From: a virus
Lineage: Duplodnaviria > Caudoviricetes
IMG/VR virus record: IMGVR_UViG_3300027975_000007
Span: 1-39,177 of that record
DNA: 39,177 nucleotides
Direction: 5' to 3' (one strand)
Shown here: positions 7,040 through 15,967 of the stretch, piece by piece
Layout: each line of letters begins with the position of its first letter
How positions within the stretch are numbered: the stretch's first letter is position 1
The notes under the pieces: model-generated
What the model was told of the DNA's origin: nothing
The model's database searches: none
Seen by the model: only the letters and a program-made list of their open reading frames with translations
Translations under genes and position numbers: made by a program

Positions 7040-8347
7040 GTCTTGCTGCGTTTTGTCTTTCTTACCGAGCACCTTAAGAACCCGCTCATCTAGCGTGCCT
7101 TTGGACACTATGTGATAAACATAGACATGCCTGCTCTCTTGCCCCTGCCGGTACACTCGCGCTATCGCTTGGTCGTAGTGTTCTAGATTCCAGGTGATAC
7201 CAAACCAGATCACATGATGGCAAGCACCCTGGAGATTAAGACCATGCCCCATACTAGCTGGATGACCGATAAGGAGCCCGATGTCACCACGATTAAAGCG
7301 GTCAACCACTTCGGCAACATCACCGGATTTAAGGTCAACAGCGTCAGGAAAACGAGCACAAATCCGCTCGCGGTCATGACGAAACTCATACAAAAGTAAG
7401 ACTGGGTGTCCATTCAACTCCTCCAATAGATCTTCTAATGCGTCTAGTTTGGAATCATGGACAGGACTCCAGTTGCCTTCTTCGTAGTAGACTGCACCGT
7501 TGGAGATTTGGCGGCACTTCGTACCTGCGGCTCCAGCGTTTGCCGCCACGATAGAGCCACTGGACATCATGGCCACAAAGTCGCTTTCGACGCTCTTATA
7601 AATCGCTTCTGCTTCGAAGGGCAGTTCTACCTCCACGTTGTGATATGTCAGCTCCGGCATGTCCAAGTACTCTTCAGCACTGAGCTGCAAGACAAGAGGT
7701 TTAATCTTACCGATGACTCGTTCAAAGGCTCCTGGCTGCGGCACATAGTTCCATTTAGACCACCCCGTCTGCATGAAAAATTCATTCTTGTAGTGAGTCA
7801 CGTACTGTCCCAGAGCTCTGCCTCTATCGAGAATGTAGATTTGTCCAAAGAGATCGAGAAGTCCGTTAGGAACGGGAGTCCCTGTAAGGATCCACCTTCG
7901 CCTAAACTTTGGCAGAGCTCCTTTAAGCGCTCTGAATCGTTGGGTTCTAGTATCTTTGAACTTTGTAGATTCGTCAATAATGAGAGTATCAAATTCCGGT
8001 ACACTACGCTGACTAAAAAGCCACTTGAGCCCTTCTGGGTTGATAAAGTATAACTCAACGTCTTCCTGGAGGCGAGCGGCTTTTTCCGGCCCGTGGATAA
8101 TCGAGTACGTGAAACCATTGAATTCTTCCCACTTGTAGACTTCTGCTGGCCATGTAGAGTACATGGGTCGCATGGGGGCTACGATCAACGCTTTCTTGAA
8201 GTACCCATGCTTTCGCAGAACGGTTAGAGCACCCAGACAAATAGAAGTCTTGCCCAGACCGGGGTCTAAGAACAGACCCACAGCTCCTTGGGAAAGCATC
8301 ATTTCCATAGCTCTTCTTTGATACTGGTGCGGATCCCATTTAATCAT
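7019..8347 (-). CDS. SNF2-family DNA helicase
   Basis: LDPGLGKT, IIDEST, LTGTP, GHGLNLQ and Q...RVYRQGQ motifs. Confidence 0.92.
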   Translation of the reverse strand: MIKWDPHQYQRRAMEMMLSQGAVGLFLDPGLGKTSICLGALTVLRKHGYFKKALIVAPMRPMYSTWPAEVYKWEEFNGFTYSIIHGPEKAARLQEDVELYFINPEGLKWLFSQRSVPEFDTLIIDESTKFKDTRTQRFRALKGALPKFRRRWILTGTPVPNGLLDLFGQIYILDRGRALGQYVTHYKNEFFMQTGWSKWNYVPQPGAFERVIGKIKPLVLQLSAEEYLDMPELTYHNVEVELPFEAEAIYKSVESDFVAMMSSGSIVAANAGAAGTKCRQISNGAVYYEEGNWSPVHDSKLDALEDLLEELNGHPVLLLYEFRHDRERICARFPDAVDLKSGDVAEVVDRFNRGDIGLLIGHPASMGHGLNLQGACHHVIWFGITWNLEHYDQAIARVYRQGQESRHVYVYHIVSKGTLDERVLKVLGKKDKTQQDLLSALR

Positions 8348-8636
8348 TACTATGTTCTAGCTCCAGATTAATGAGGTAGGCGGTTGCGACATAGGTGTCG
8401 TCAGTGACAATCACATTCAGCCCCAGCTCCCGCATAGCGTTTATCCAGTAGTGTTGCTTTTTACTGATGCGACCACCGGGCTTCTTAAACTCAATCCAAG
8501 CGACGACTCCATTCTTCATGAATGTTCTATCTGGCCAGCCCGTCTGATTCAGCCACTGTAACTTCGCGGCGAGCCATCCATTCTCTTCAGCCCACTTGCA
8601 GACTTTCTCTTCAATATCAATCTCTAGAACGCGCAT
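8340..8636 (-). CDS. VRR-NUC domain nuclease
   Basis: E..IE, GWPDR, IEFKKPGG..S..Q motifs; ATG at 8636. Confidence 0.88.
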   Translation of the reverse strand: MRVLEIDIEEKVCKWAEENGWLAAKLQWLNQTGWPDRTFMKNGVVAWIEFKKPGGRISKKQHYWINAMRELGLNVIVTDDTYVATAYLINLELEHSND

Positions 8637-9268
8637 GGTCCACCAGCCTCGGCCCTGTACTGACAAAACCGGCAATGAAATCCCGGATTTGGTATGAAGT
8701 GCTTGTCCTCAAACATGGGGGTTATTCGCTTCACCCACAGGTTCTTAAGATTTTCCATATCTTCTTCATCATACACTCGGGTGGTGTTCTGCTTCTTATC
8801 CAAGTACACATGGTAGACGCGTACCTGCTTGACTGGAAACACCGAATGATAGGCGGCAGCATAGATCTCTCGCTGCTCCCTATGATCATCATACTCGTTT
8901 CCGGTTTTCCAGTCATAGATATAGGCTACGTCGTCAGCTTCGATGACACAATCAAGGATGCCCCTCCACCACCGAGTCTTAGAGTTCCACCCGGTCATCT
9001 TCCAATCAATATCGATAGCGATTGGGAGTTCTGGAACCGCGCCCTCTCTCTTTAGGTCAGCCAAGAACTCTTCGTAGTATTTGAGGTCGGGGGAAAGTTC
9101 CCCATTCCCCAACAAGAAGTTCTCTATCTGGCTGTGCATATCGGTGCCCCTCTCCATTGCAGGAGAGCTAACCCGATCTCCCTCTATTGTCATAGAGAAT
9201 AGAAGCTTACGGGGGCACTTTTTCCACGAAGAATAGCGACTGTATGACCAGTCTTTGAGTTCAAGCAT
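8624..9268 (-). CDS. Cas4/RecB-like PD-(D/E)xK exonuclease
   Basis: SYS.....CP, RGT..H, GILD, DWKTG, Q...Y and C-terminal C..C.Y......C (Fe-S ligands). Confidence 0.85.
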   Translation of the reverse strand: MLELKDWSYSRYSSWKKCPRKLLFSMTIEGDRVSSPAMERGTDMHSQIENFLLGNGELSPDLKYYEEFLADLKREGAVPELPIAIDIDWKMTGWNSKTRWWRGILDCVIEADDVAYIYDWKTGNEYDDHREQREIYAAAYHSVFPVKQVRVYHVYLDKKQNTTRVYDEEDMENLKNLWVKRITPMFEDKHFIPNPGFHCRFCQYRAEAGGPCAF

Positions 9269-9485
9269 TGGAGAGTATCCGGTTGGCGAATTGACGGCTG
9301 CGGTTGATTAAGGCATCTGCACCTTCTCGTTCCATACCTAGACTCGTACACAGGTATTCGTTCCACTCTTCCGTGGTAATCTTGTAGAACTCTTCATGGT
9401 GTGTCACCATTTGAACTAACTTACACATCGCAAGTAGGTCACCGACCGATGCGCTGTACAGACTATTCACAGGGTTCAATTTCAT
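9261..9485 (-). CDS. hypothetical protein
   Basis: 74 aa ORF overlapping both neighbours in the replication operon. Confidence 0.55.
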   Translation of the reverse strand: MKLNPVNSLYSASVGDLLAMCKLVQMVTHHEEFYKITTEEWNEYLCTSLGMEREGADALINRSRQFANRILSNA

Positions 9486-11262
9486 GCCAGTTTTCTCCTA
9501 CAAATCCTTCGCTGAGCATGGGGCAGTCCAGCCGGTCTGAATTCATTACTTCCCGAAGGTGCGTCATATGGTCACGCCACTCATCTGCTGGAACGCTGAT
9601 GTTTATTTCGTCATGAACCGTGGCTAAGAACTTGCTGCCGGGATATCTCGTACTATTCCAATCGACGAGACACTGCTTTGTCTGGTCAGCGGCACTGCCC
9701 TGAATTAGATAGTTCAGCAGCTTGTACGAAAAGTCCCGCGTGGGATACTTAGTGCTCATTTCACGATAATACTTTCTCCCACCCCATGTCCTTATGGGTT
9801 CTCCTATCCGACCCCGGCGTTGAGTGCCTCTCATTAGCTCTCTAATTCCAGGCATCGCCATCAAGTAAGATTCCTTAAGCTCTACTGCTTCGGTATACGA
9901 ACAACCCACGTTGGAAGCAATCGCGTTCGCCCCGCCACCATAGATAATCTGGAAACCAGTAATCTTCGTGTGCTTACGAGTGAACGACTTATGGCATAGA
10001 TTCCAGATCATAATCCTAGCCATTTCGTGAGGGTCTAGGTTGGGATCCTTCAGGTAAGCAGCGAGCAGAGGACCTTCTTCGAAGTGTGCCGCGATCCTTA
10101 TCTCTTGGGAGCTAAAGTCACGCTTGGCCCAGACATGGCCTTCTTCTGGAAGGAGGAATTGCCGCATAAACGGAAGCGGTGGTAGTCCTTCAGGAATCTT
10201 TTGATCGAATTCCGTCGGAACGTTCTGTAGGTTCGGATTAGAACAAGACAACCGACCAGTGCGCGTTCCATATCGCTTTCCTTCCTCGTGTGTTCGGACT
10301 TGGTTCCATTCTGGGTGCAGCCGACCATCCCCCTTGGACATTTCCAGCCAGTTGATCATGAATGTGCCGATGCACGTTGCAAGCGAACTTCGGTAGGCCA
10401 AAAGATCTACCAAGTCCTTATCCTTAATGCACTTCGCTAGGTTGTCTTTCGCGGTGCTGCGTTCCCCTGTTGGAGTACGCACCCACTGGTCCACTAGGCC
10501 AGCGCGCTCAACTGCATCGGCAAGTTCGGAGCCGCTGGAAACGTCCAGATCAGGGGCCTGTAGGGTGGTACGCACCCGCGCATCGGCGGCTTCCAGCGCC
10601 TTTGCACTGCGCTCCAGGGCCTGTTCAAGTGGCCCCCTAGCCACCCTAATGCCGTCTTTAGAACCCTTCATCAGAACAGGTAGCAGGAACCGTTCGCGAT
10701 CATACGGCTCTTGTGGGACTAGATCTTTGAAGTGCTGGTACAGTCCGAGCGTTCGCTGTACGTCGCCGATCGCGTAGGGGGAAATAAGTTCCACTGGAGC
10801 CTTGACGATATGAGCACCTGCTGTTTTCCGAGTAGCTTCTGGCACATTGGACACAATCCAATCGGTGAGTTTATCTTGTTCGTCTGGAGCCACTCCCAGA
10901 TATCGCTCAGCGCTGGGCTTGAGGCTGAGGGATGGAGCGTAAGGATCGGCGAGGAACAATTGGAACATTGTATCATGTACACGCTCCGGTGTCAGTCGGT
11001 CCCACGGGGCGATGGGGAATGCTGCCTTAAGGACCGATATATCGAAAGCGGCGTTGTGGAACAGTATGGGCTCGTTGGAGTTGAGTACGTTATCTATAAA
11101 GTCCCCAACTACAGACCATTTCGTGTTTGCTTTTTCCGTTCTCCAATGAAGATACCCAGGAGGATGTCCTGGGACGATGTAAGCCATACCATGAGCAGCG
11201 GGTGGGAAAGCGACCGGATTGCCAACAATGGCCTCGGTTTCGGTATCGAGTACGATCATCAC
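9463..11262 (-). CDS. DNA polymerase family A with 3'-5' exonuclease domain
   Basis: Exo motifs DTET, FHNAAFD, YAIGD; TRTGRLSCSNPNLQN; motif A DFSSQEIR; motif B R...K...F...YG; motif C VHDE. The start may be ATG 11259. Confidence 0.95.
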   Translation of the reverse strand: MMIVLDTETEAIVGNPVAFPPAAHGMAYIVPGHPPGYLHWRTEKANTKWSVVGDFIDNVLNSNEPILFHNAAFDISVLKAAFPIAPWDRLTPERVHDTMFQLFLADPYAPSLSLKPSAERYLGVAPDEQDKLTDWIVSNVPEATRKTAGAHIVKAPVELISPYAIGDVQRTLGLYQHFKDLVPQEPYDRERFLLPVLMKGSKDGIRVARGPLEQALERSAKALEAADARVRTTLQAPDLDVSSGSELADAVERAGLVDQWVRTPTGERSTAKDNLAKCIKDKDLVDLLAYRSSLATCIGTFMINWLEMSKGDGRLHPEWNQVRTHEEGKRYGTRTGRLSCSNPNLQNVPTEFDQKIPEGLPPLPFMRQFLLPEEGHVWAKRDFSSQEIRIAAHFEEGPLLAAYLKDPNLDPHEMARIMIWNLCHKSFTRKHTKITGFQIIYGGGANAIASNVGCSYTEAVELKESYLMAMPGIRELMRGTQRRGRIGEPIRTWGGRKYYREMSTKYPTRDFSYKLLNYLIQGSAADQTKQCLVDWNSTRYPGSKFLATVHDEINISVPADEWRDHMTHLREVMNSDRLDCPMLSEGFVGENWHEIEPCE

Positions 11263-11325
11263 TTCTCCTTGTAAAAGCCCGTGTCGTGGGCCAGACGCCT
11301 GTAGTCGGCCGCTACAGGTCGGCTA

Positions 11326-12039
11326 TCAGAACTTACGCTTCTTGCCCTTCGCAGGCTCCTCTTCTTCCTCGATCTCTGGGTACGGCTGGAGCATGATAGC
11401 CAGAGCATCGGCCTTGCGCTGCATGAGAGTAGACATGTGATCTACATGGACCCGGCCCACAATTTCGAACTTGACCTCAAACTGGTTCTTGGCCGACGGC
11501 ACTACCTTGATGTTGGTGACCACTCCGGCAGTGGACATTCCAGTAGTCGCCACCACCTTTGCGACGTGGTTGGACCAGTTTCTGATGCTTGTGGGTGGAA
11601 TGTTCAGCAACAGCATCTCTGCGCTCATGTCCTCTGGGATTAGAGCCAGCCGCCGACGCTCCTTACACGCCTTGCCACGACCTCCAGTTGGGCTGCTCCC
11701 CCACTCGAATTTCTCGCAGGAGATACAGGCCTCTGCCTGCTTGTCGATAGACTCGGCCATTGGCGCGAGTTGCTCAGCCTTGCCCTCACCCAGCGCGTAG
11801 CAGGTCGGATTGGACCGAACATTGGGGTCATACCGGTCTTTGAACCACTGGTTCTCCGTCACGTTCGCCACAATGATGCAGTTAAGCTCGTTGCCGGGGA
11901 CCGGCTCTTCCCCGATGGACATAACCCCGGACTTCAAGGACATGATGCTTAGAGCCGGTCGCTCGTTAGCGAGCTGGGCCTTTGCATCTGCCCTCATTTG
12001 GTCTTCCCAGGATACTGGCAGATTAGTATTCTCAGTCAT
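11326..12039 (-). CDS. putative ssDNA-binding protein
   Basis: Lies upstream of PolA; PTCY, C..C....WGS, GKACK.RRRLA motifs; acidic C-terminal tail. Confidence 0.6.
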   Translation of the reverse strand: MTENTNLPVSWEDQMRADAKAQLANERPALSIMSLKSGVMSIGEEPVPGNELNCIIVANVTENQWFKDRYDPNVRSNPTCYALGEGKAEQLAPMAESIDKQAEACISCEKFEWGSSPTGGRGKACKERRRLALIPEDMSAEMLLLNIPPTSIRNWSNHVAKVVATTGMSTAGVVTNIKVVPSAKNQFEVKFEIVGRVHVDHMSTLMQRKADALAIMLQPYPEIEEEEEPAKGKKRKF

Positions 12040-12043
12040 TTCG

Positions 12044-12409
12044 TTACCTCAGTTGCAACTTAGTTTCAGTTATGACGCCCACGCCGGGGATGGTGATGCC
12101 ATCGGACCAGCGCAGCTTTACGGCCGACTCTGTAAGTCTCTTTTGGAGCAAGTCTATGGCCTTGTTCTCCACGATGTACTCTTCGAGCAGACCATAATCT
12201 ACGATGAACGGCTTTTCTTTTTCTTGGATGGTCGCCGTTACTTCGGCTAGGGATATGGAGTCTATCCCTTCTTTCAGCATCAGGACGATTGCCTGCGCCT
12301 TAAGTTCGTCCACTTCTGCAGCAACTTTCTTTGACTCACGGTCAAGTTCCAGTCGCCTCTGATCCAGGCTCTTTGCGGCCTTTAGAATCTCTTGTAGTTC
12401 CTTGCGCAT
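12044..12409 (-). CDS. conserved phage coiled-coil protein (Gp157/Gam-like architecture)
   Basis: N-terminal coiled coil, then ...IVDY..L..YI...LLQKR...IPGV. Confidence 0.6.
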   Translation of the reverse strand: MRKELQEILKAAKSLDQRRLELDRESKKVAAEVDELKAQAIVLMLKEGIDSISLAEVTATIQEKEKPFIVDYGLLEEYIVENKAIDLLQKRLTESAVKLRWSDGITIPGVGVITETKLQLR

Positions 12410-12436
12410 TGGTTCTCCTTTTACGGCAGGTGGTTC

Positions 12437-12465
12437 ATTGTACCATTATTTGCGGTTTGAAGCAA
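12437..12465 (-). promoter_or_regulatory. sigma70-type promoter for the replication genes
   Basis: TTGCTT-N17-TACAAT with TG extended -10. Confidence 0.6.
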
Positions 12466-12661
12466 GTGCTGAAGACAGGGGAGTTATCTCTTGCTCCCAA
12501 GAAGACCACCCGTGGGGAAGGTGTGCTTCCAGCCTCGCTTGGGCTGTGAACACTCCTTTTTCGGTAAACCCCCGCTGTGTTTCGGTGCCAACTATCCAGA
12601 TCTTACCATCTGGAGAAGTAACCACAACAGCATACTTCTGCACGTTTGAGTGATTACTCAT
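12446..12661 (-). CDS. hypothetical protein
   Basis: Tightly packed co-oriented small ORF; GAGG RBS. Confidence 0.55.
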   Translation of the reverse strand: MSNHSNVQKYAVVVTSPDGKIWIVGTETQRGFTEKGVFTAQARLEAHLPHGWSSWEQEITPLSSALASNRK

Positions 12662-12877
12662 TTAATCTACCTCTACGACTGTTGGGCAGACATTCCAAGC
12701 CTGAATGGTGATCACATACTCGTTGCCGAGGTAGTTGTAGATGCACTGTTTCAGAGCTCCATCAATTCGCTCGTCGACTAGGTAGGCAGTCCCCGCACTC
12801 ATAGCCTCGTTCGCCCACATGAAGGCTGCGATGACCATGAGGATAATCCCAAGCGGCAGAATGATCTTGTCTTTCAT
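12662..12877 (-). CDS. small secreted/membrane protein with two Cys
   Basis: Hydrophobic N-terminus (IILPLGIILMVIAAFMWA); GGAGGG RBS; ATGA coupling. Confidence 0.6.
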   Translation of the reverse strand: MKDKIILPLGIILMVIAAFMWANEAMSAGTAYLVDERIDGALKQCIYNYLGNEYVITIQAWNVCPTVVEVD

Positions 12878-13164
12878 CGTTCACCCTCCTTTGCGGCGTC
12901 GATGGTTCTGACGCCTTCATAAAGAATCAGGTGCGCCCCCGCTATGTCATCGTCGTTTATTGCGTCCAGTGCGCTTCGGATTCGTTCCCGCGCCTCGGCC
13001 AGTTCGCGGGTCAGGCGGTCGAGTTCGTCGGCGCGGACATAGCGCGTCCAAGGGTTGCCGTCCTCGCAGTCAATCGGCGCGTCATCCTCGCACCACATGC
13101 GCCCCTCGCAATGTGAGTCCGCGCAACACTCGGGCTGCAAAAAGATTTCGCGCGGGTCGCTCAT
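12874..13164 (-). CDS. hypothetical protein
   Basis: I.LQP...R.WCED...Y.RAD pattern then a coiled coil; ATGA coupling. Confidence 0.6.
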   Translation of the reverse strand: MSDPREIFLQPECCADSHCEGRMWCEDDAPIDCEDGNPWTRYVRADELDRLTRELAEARERIRSALDAINDDDIAGAHLILYEGVRTIDAAKEGER

Positions 13165-13496
13165 CGTACCTCCCTAAGAAGGGCAATCACCTTCTTGTGT
13201 TTTCGCAGCACAGGCTCGGCAGCGGCCATCGCTGTAAGCAGATTGTCAATTACGATAATCTCCGAGTCCTCTACCTGTCCACCGTTCGGCAGGCAGTAGT
13301 ATCCCCGCAGAGCTCCGTGCTGCACCATGCCCTTTTTGGCGAGTAGAGCGAGGGCGCTGCCGACCTGTCCAGTACTCAACCCATCCACTTTGACGCTGTC
13401 AATGTGGAACTGCTCATACGGTCGGAACTGAGCAGTCAGGGTGCTCATCACTCGCCGTGAACGGTCGCCCGTCCGTGTTTGCTTCTTAGTAGCCAT
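13161..13496 (-). CDS. putative winged-helix DNA-binding protein
   Basis: ATG at 13496 after GGAG; LSTGQVGSALALLAKKGMV...RGYY resembles a wHTH. Confidence 0.5.
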   Translation of the reverse strand: MATKKQTRTGDRSRRVMSTLTAQFRPYEQFHIDSVKVDGLSTGQVGSALALLAKKGMVQHGALRGYYCLPNGGQVEDSEIIVIDNLLTAMAAAEPVLRKHKKVIALLREVR

Positions 13497-13860
13497 CGTT
13501 TTCTCCGTAGTATCCATAGTCTTCATCGGTTCCCATGCCAGCACTCTTCAGGGTGTCAGCATCAGCCTCGACATCGGTCATGTTGTCCTCCGGCTCGTAT
13601 TCCGGGTAGTCCGGCTCTGTCGGCAGGGAGGCATAGACCAATTCGTGGATCTGCTCTAGGATGATCTCGCAGTCAAGGATGAAAAGCACATCCTGTTCGT
13701 TGCGAGTGAGCGTGACGATGTCCAGTTCGTCTGGCTCGGGTGGGTAGCATTTCTCGGGTGGGCCGGACAGCCTACCGGGATCGCCAGGATAGAAATCTGC
13801 GGTCCCCTTTAGCTCGTTGCCGTACCACTCGATCGTGAATGACAGCTTATGACTGCCCAT
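13486..13860 (-). CDS. acidic hypothetical protein
   Basis: GGAGG RBS; GPPEKCYPPEP motif; acidic tail. Confidence 0.6.
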   Translation of the reverse strand: MGSHKLSFTIEWYGNELKGTADFYPGDPGRLSGPPEKCYPPEPDELDIVTLTRNEQDVLFILDCEIILEQIHELVYASLPTEPDYPEYEPEDNMTDVEADADTLKSAGMGTDEDYGYYGENDGY

Positions 13861-14272
13861 TTTCCACCTCCAAGTCGTCGCTGCACTGGATTTCGTACAC
13901 GGGCACTTCTTCCATCTTGGTGCCTACCTGAACGCGCTTGCAGACGTTGCTGGAGAACGACACCCAGAGGGGTTTGACGTCCTCTTCACCCTCTTTGTAA
14001 AAGTAGGCGCTCCAGTAGTTCTTATCCTTGTCGGTGGGTCGGTGGGTGGGAGCAAACCCGTGCTTGCGCAGAAACTTGAACAGTACGTTCAATTCCTTTT
14101 TCCCACCCGTCATGCTGACAGCAATCTCTGTCCCACCGATTCTGCAGTCGGCTCCAATCAGGGACAAGTCCTCGATGGCGTGCTCGTAAAAGCGAGCATT
14201 GCCAGCCCACCAGCGAGCCTGTGCCGCAACTTCTTCCATTCGTTCATCAATCTGTTTGTCGATGGTGCCCAT
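13847..14272 (-). CDS. hypothetical protein
   Basis: ATG at 14272 after AAGGAG; C-terminal CKRVQVGTK..EVPVYEIQC. Confidence 0.6.
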   Translation of the reverse strand: MGTIDKQIDERMEEVAAQARWWAGNARFYEHAIEDLSLIGADCRIGGTEIAVSMTGGKKELNVLFKFLRKHGFAPTHRPTDKDKNYWSAYFYKEGEEDVKPLWVSFSSNVCKRVQVGTKMEEVPVYEIQCSDDLEVENGQS

Positions 14273-14274
14273 TT

Positions 14275-14529
14275 TCAACTCCTTATTCCAATGTAACCAG
14301 ATGCCAAAGTCTGAATCGCTTGTCGAAGCCACCTATCTACGACTGTTTCTGCCTCCATTTCACTATTGATGGGTTGACGGCAAATCAATTCGTAGTCGTA
14401 TTCCTGATCACCGTTGGGCTTTTCAAGAACGACCACTGTGTATTCACCATCGCATTCGATATACCAGTCGTACGAGATGGACAGGGAAATCCCACCCTCA
14501 AGTACGAGCGTTGCTGTTCTTGTCTTCAC
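14275..14529 (-). CDS. hypothetical protein
   Basis: GTG start with AGGAG; GTGA coupling. Confidence 0.55.
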   Translation of the reverse strand: MKTRTATLVLEGGISLSISYDWYIECDGEYTVVVLEKPNGDQEYDYELICRQPINSEMEAETVVDRWLRQAIQTLASGYIGIRS

Positions 14530-14828
14530 TCCGTTATCTCCTGGTTGGGAACCCAGATGACGGCGGGGCCGACGAAATCTTGGATCGGTTGCCTGTAGTA
14601 CTCGTAGGCTAGCTCCTTGATCCGCGGGTTAATCGGCAGCCCATGCATGAACCCGTTGTCGTCCAGCAGGGCGTCGCGAACCTTGCCCCGGTAGCGCACC
14701 TTGATCATGGCTACGCAGTCGCAGCCGATCAACTCGTACGCCTTGTGAAAGTCCATTTTCGGTGATGGGTGGAACGTTTCCGTACCATCCACGTCAATCT
14801 TGATCATCGTCCCAAGCTTCATCTTCAT
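14526..14828 (-). CDS. DUF3846-like protein
   Basis: ATG at 14828 after AAGGAG; ELIG...LLDDNG...LP.N...DFVGPAVI. Confidence 0.6.
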   Translation of the reverse strand: MKMKLGTMIKIDVDGTETFHPSPKMDFHKAYELIGCDCVAMIKVRYRGKVRDALLDDNGFMHGLPINPRIKELAYEYYRQPIQDFVGPAVIWVPNQEITE

Positions 14829-15030
14829 ACTCCTTATCTGCCATTGATTGCTCGTAATCATCCATCTCTCGCCCCAGCTCCAGGCACCCTTCACAGATGC
14901 TGTAGCGGGACGTGAGAGGCACCTTTGCCCCGCACACGCAGACCATGTTGAGCTGCCGCCCAGACTCATCAAAGTCTGGACAGCACCCCAGCTCGTGGCC
15001 GCAGCACGGAAAATCTTCACATCGTGCCAT
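14794..15030 (-). CDS. Cys-rich small protein
   Basis: RCEDFPCCGH..GCC...C.C...C..C; AAGGAG RBS. Confidence 0.6.
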   Translation of the reverse strand: MARCEDFPCCGHELGCCPDFDESGRQLNMVCVCGAKVPLTSRYSICEGCLELGREMDDYEQSMADKEYEDEAWDDDQD

Positions 15031-15039
15031 GCCAACTCC

Positions 15040-15222
15040 TTAGTGACAGTTGAACCCGTAGCCGCGCATCCACGAAAGTAGGATGGTGTAGGCTACGTGA
15101 TCCTTGAACCGCCAGCAGACGGCAAAATTCAGCGGAACGCGGTCCCCGGTCGCGGGGCAGACGTTGCTGAGGTCTACAAGCAGGCGCCCCACTTTGAGAC
15201 GCTTGTCGATGTCGCGTGCCAT
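15040..15222 (-). CDS. hypothetical protein
   Basis: GGAGG RBS; co-oriented. Confidence 0.5.
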   Translation of the reverse strand: MARDIDKRLKVGRLLVDLSNVCPATGDRVPLNFAVCWRFKDHVAYTILLSWMRGYGFNCH

Positions 15223-15231
15223 GATCAGCTC

Positions 15232-15447
15232 CTATTCTTTGCAGATCTCGTCAAAGCACCGCTCGCACAGGCCGGAGATCTTGGTCTCGCGCCAGCCAGC
15301 CTCGCTATAGACGTTGGAGGGGCTGAACCCTTCCCGACACTGGATGCAGTGGCCGGGGATGTCCTTAGGGGCCGCGCCGAACGTAGCTCTCGCGAGCTCT
15401 TCCTGGAACTCTTGCAGGGATGTGAATTGATTCTTCATGTAGCTCAT
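15232..15447 (-). CDS. small zinc-finger-like protein
   Basis: CIQC...E..ISGLCERCFD. Confidence 0.6.
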   Translation of the reverse strand: MSYMKNQFTSLQEFQEELARATFGAAPKDIPGHCIQCREGFSPSNVYSEAGWRETKISGLCERCFDEICKE

Positions 15448-15710
15448 GACTCTTCCACCTCGTTGATGAACTTGCCGGTCTGGAGTCGGGGATCCTCAGT
15501 GGTGCAGTATTTGGCGGGCATGAGAGCCATTGTGAGGGCCTCAGCGTACCGGTCATTCTGCTCTTCCAGCTCAATGGCCAGATTGTAGCAGCCCGGTCCG
15601 TAGGTGAGGATGGCGCCCTTGATGTCCACACCGTCCTTCTTGGAAAGGTTGACGATGGCGTCCAGGAAGGTCGGCATCGGCTTGCCAGCGAATGCGATTA
15701 GATACTTCAT
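15444..15710 (-). CDS. hypothetical protein, first gene of the leftward early block
   Basis: AGGAG RBS; ATGA coupling to the next gene. Confidence 0.6.
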   Translation of the reverse strand: MKYLIAFAGKPMPTFLDAIVNLSKKDGVDIKGAILTYGPGCYNLAIELEEQNDRYAEALTMALMPAKYCTTEDPRLQTGKFINEVEES

Positions 15711-15792
15711 TTGCTTCTCCTATGCTAGGAGTGGCTTATCCACCCCATAGCTATAGTATGCGGTTTCGTAGCTATTAGAAGCAAGACCGAAG

Positions 15793-15821
15793 TTGCCGGG
15801 TCAGCTATTTGCTGCTATACT
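15793..15821 (+). promoter_or_regulatory. sigma70-type promoter for the primase-helicase
   Basis: TTGCCG-N17-TATACT with TG extended -10, in the divergent intergenic region. Confidence 0.6.
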
Positions 15822-15967
15822 GAAAGACACCGGCAGGCCGCTGGCAGAAAATCGCCCCCAAGAAGTCGCATTCCTTGGGGGCGAGGCCGGAGTAGCCCTA
15901 TAGAGGGCATAGTCTAGCATGATTGGCACGGAGTAACAACTATGGAACAAAAGCTGAGAAGTAAAAC

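Noticed and set aside
11273-11319. Rho-independent terminator between the SSB-like gene and PolA
   Set aside because: Two hairpins are present (GCCC/GGGC + TTTT on the - strand; CCTGTAG/CTACAGG), but the U-tailed stem is only 4 bp, too weak to call.
15921-15937. TTGGCACG as a fourth sigma54 site (also TGGCACG at 4891)
   Set aside because: The -24 box is present but there is no TTGC at the required spacing.
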